Assembly: GCA_965205865.1 (NCBI GenBank)
Contig: CBDBHR010000030.1
Span: 1,056,001-1,120,000, forward strand
Direction of reading: 5' to 3'
Length of the DNA stretch: 64,000 bases
DNA from: a bacterium
GTDB lineage: Bacteria > SAR324 > NAC60-12
Shown here: in pieces, positions 63,833 to 64,000 of the stretch
How positions within the stretch are numbered: position 1 is the stretch's first letter
How the letters are laid out: each line of letters starts with the position of its first letter
Made by a program: the position numbers and the translations under genes
Notes under the pieces: generated by a model
Database searches by the model: none
What the model was told of the DNA's origin: nothing
Seen by the model: the letters and a program-made list of their open reading frames with translations, nothing else

Positions 63833-64000
63833 ACCGATATTGAACTAAACGGCTTCTGACTGTTCCCGGATTTGAGCAGATTTATTGTTTTTTTAAATTT
63901 TTTTGCGAATCCCGAATTTATTTTACATCAGGGGGTTGACATTACTTTATTGTGTTATAATCACGTCTTCGTTAAGTTGTGTTTATGAAAGAAGAGGGTT

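Larger units (their letters stand above)
63432..64000 (+). repeat. ~269-bp tandem units (promoter + two hairpins + terminator); the 5' part of a further unit lies at 61441-61528
   Basis: Shared blocks TTTGCGAATCCC..ATTTATTTTA..CAGGGG.TTGACA, GAGGGTTCCCG, GGATCC...GGGAATCTTTTTT and AACGGCTTCTGACTGT.CCCGGATTTGAGCAGATTTATTG. Confidence 0.9.

Overview
Bacterial genomic window, probably a selenocysteine-using deltaproteobacterium-like organism. SAR324-like and host- or sponge-associated is a guess from rpsU and the TIR/TPR/NHL/Sel1 repertoire. 1-12.7 kb is a defence-type locus: two TIR proteins, a pentapeptide-repeat protein, Fic, a frameshifted type IIG R-M enzyme and a PLD-SNF2 helicase whose 3' end holds a 63-bp palindromic tandem array. 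12.7-37.1 kb is mostly housekeeping (ydiJ-like oxidase with an in-frame palindromic insertion, rpsU, a UGA-recoded SelW/Rdx selenoprotein missed by the ORF track, ispE, rplM-rpsI, alr, slt, cobD, degP, modA), with REP/MITE-like elements. 37.1-48 kb is a second defence island: type ISP-like R-M, ABC-ATPase+TOPRIM, GIY-YIG, ParA, a tRNA 3' fragment, TA genes and AlkB. 48-63.4 kb is decayed: IS remnants, an NHL lipoprotein, broken ABC transporters and IS66. The window ends in a ~269-bp periodic array of promoter / two-hairpin / terminator units that looks like an undescribed small-RNA gene array. Frameshifts are frequent and some look like long-read errors.
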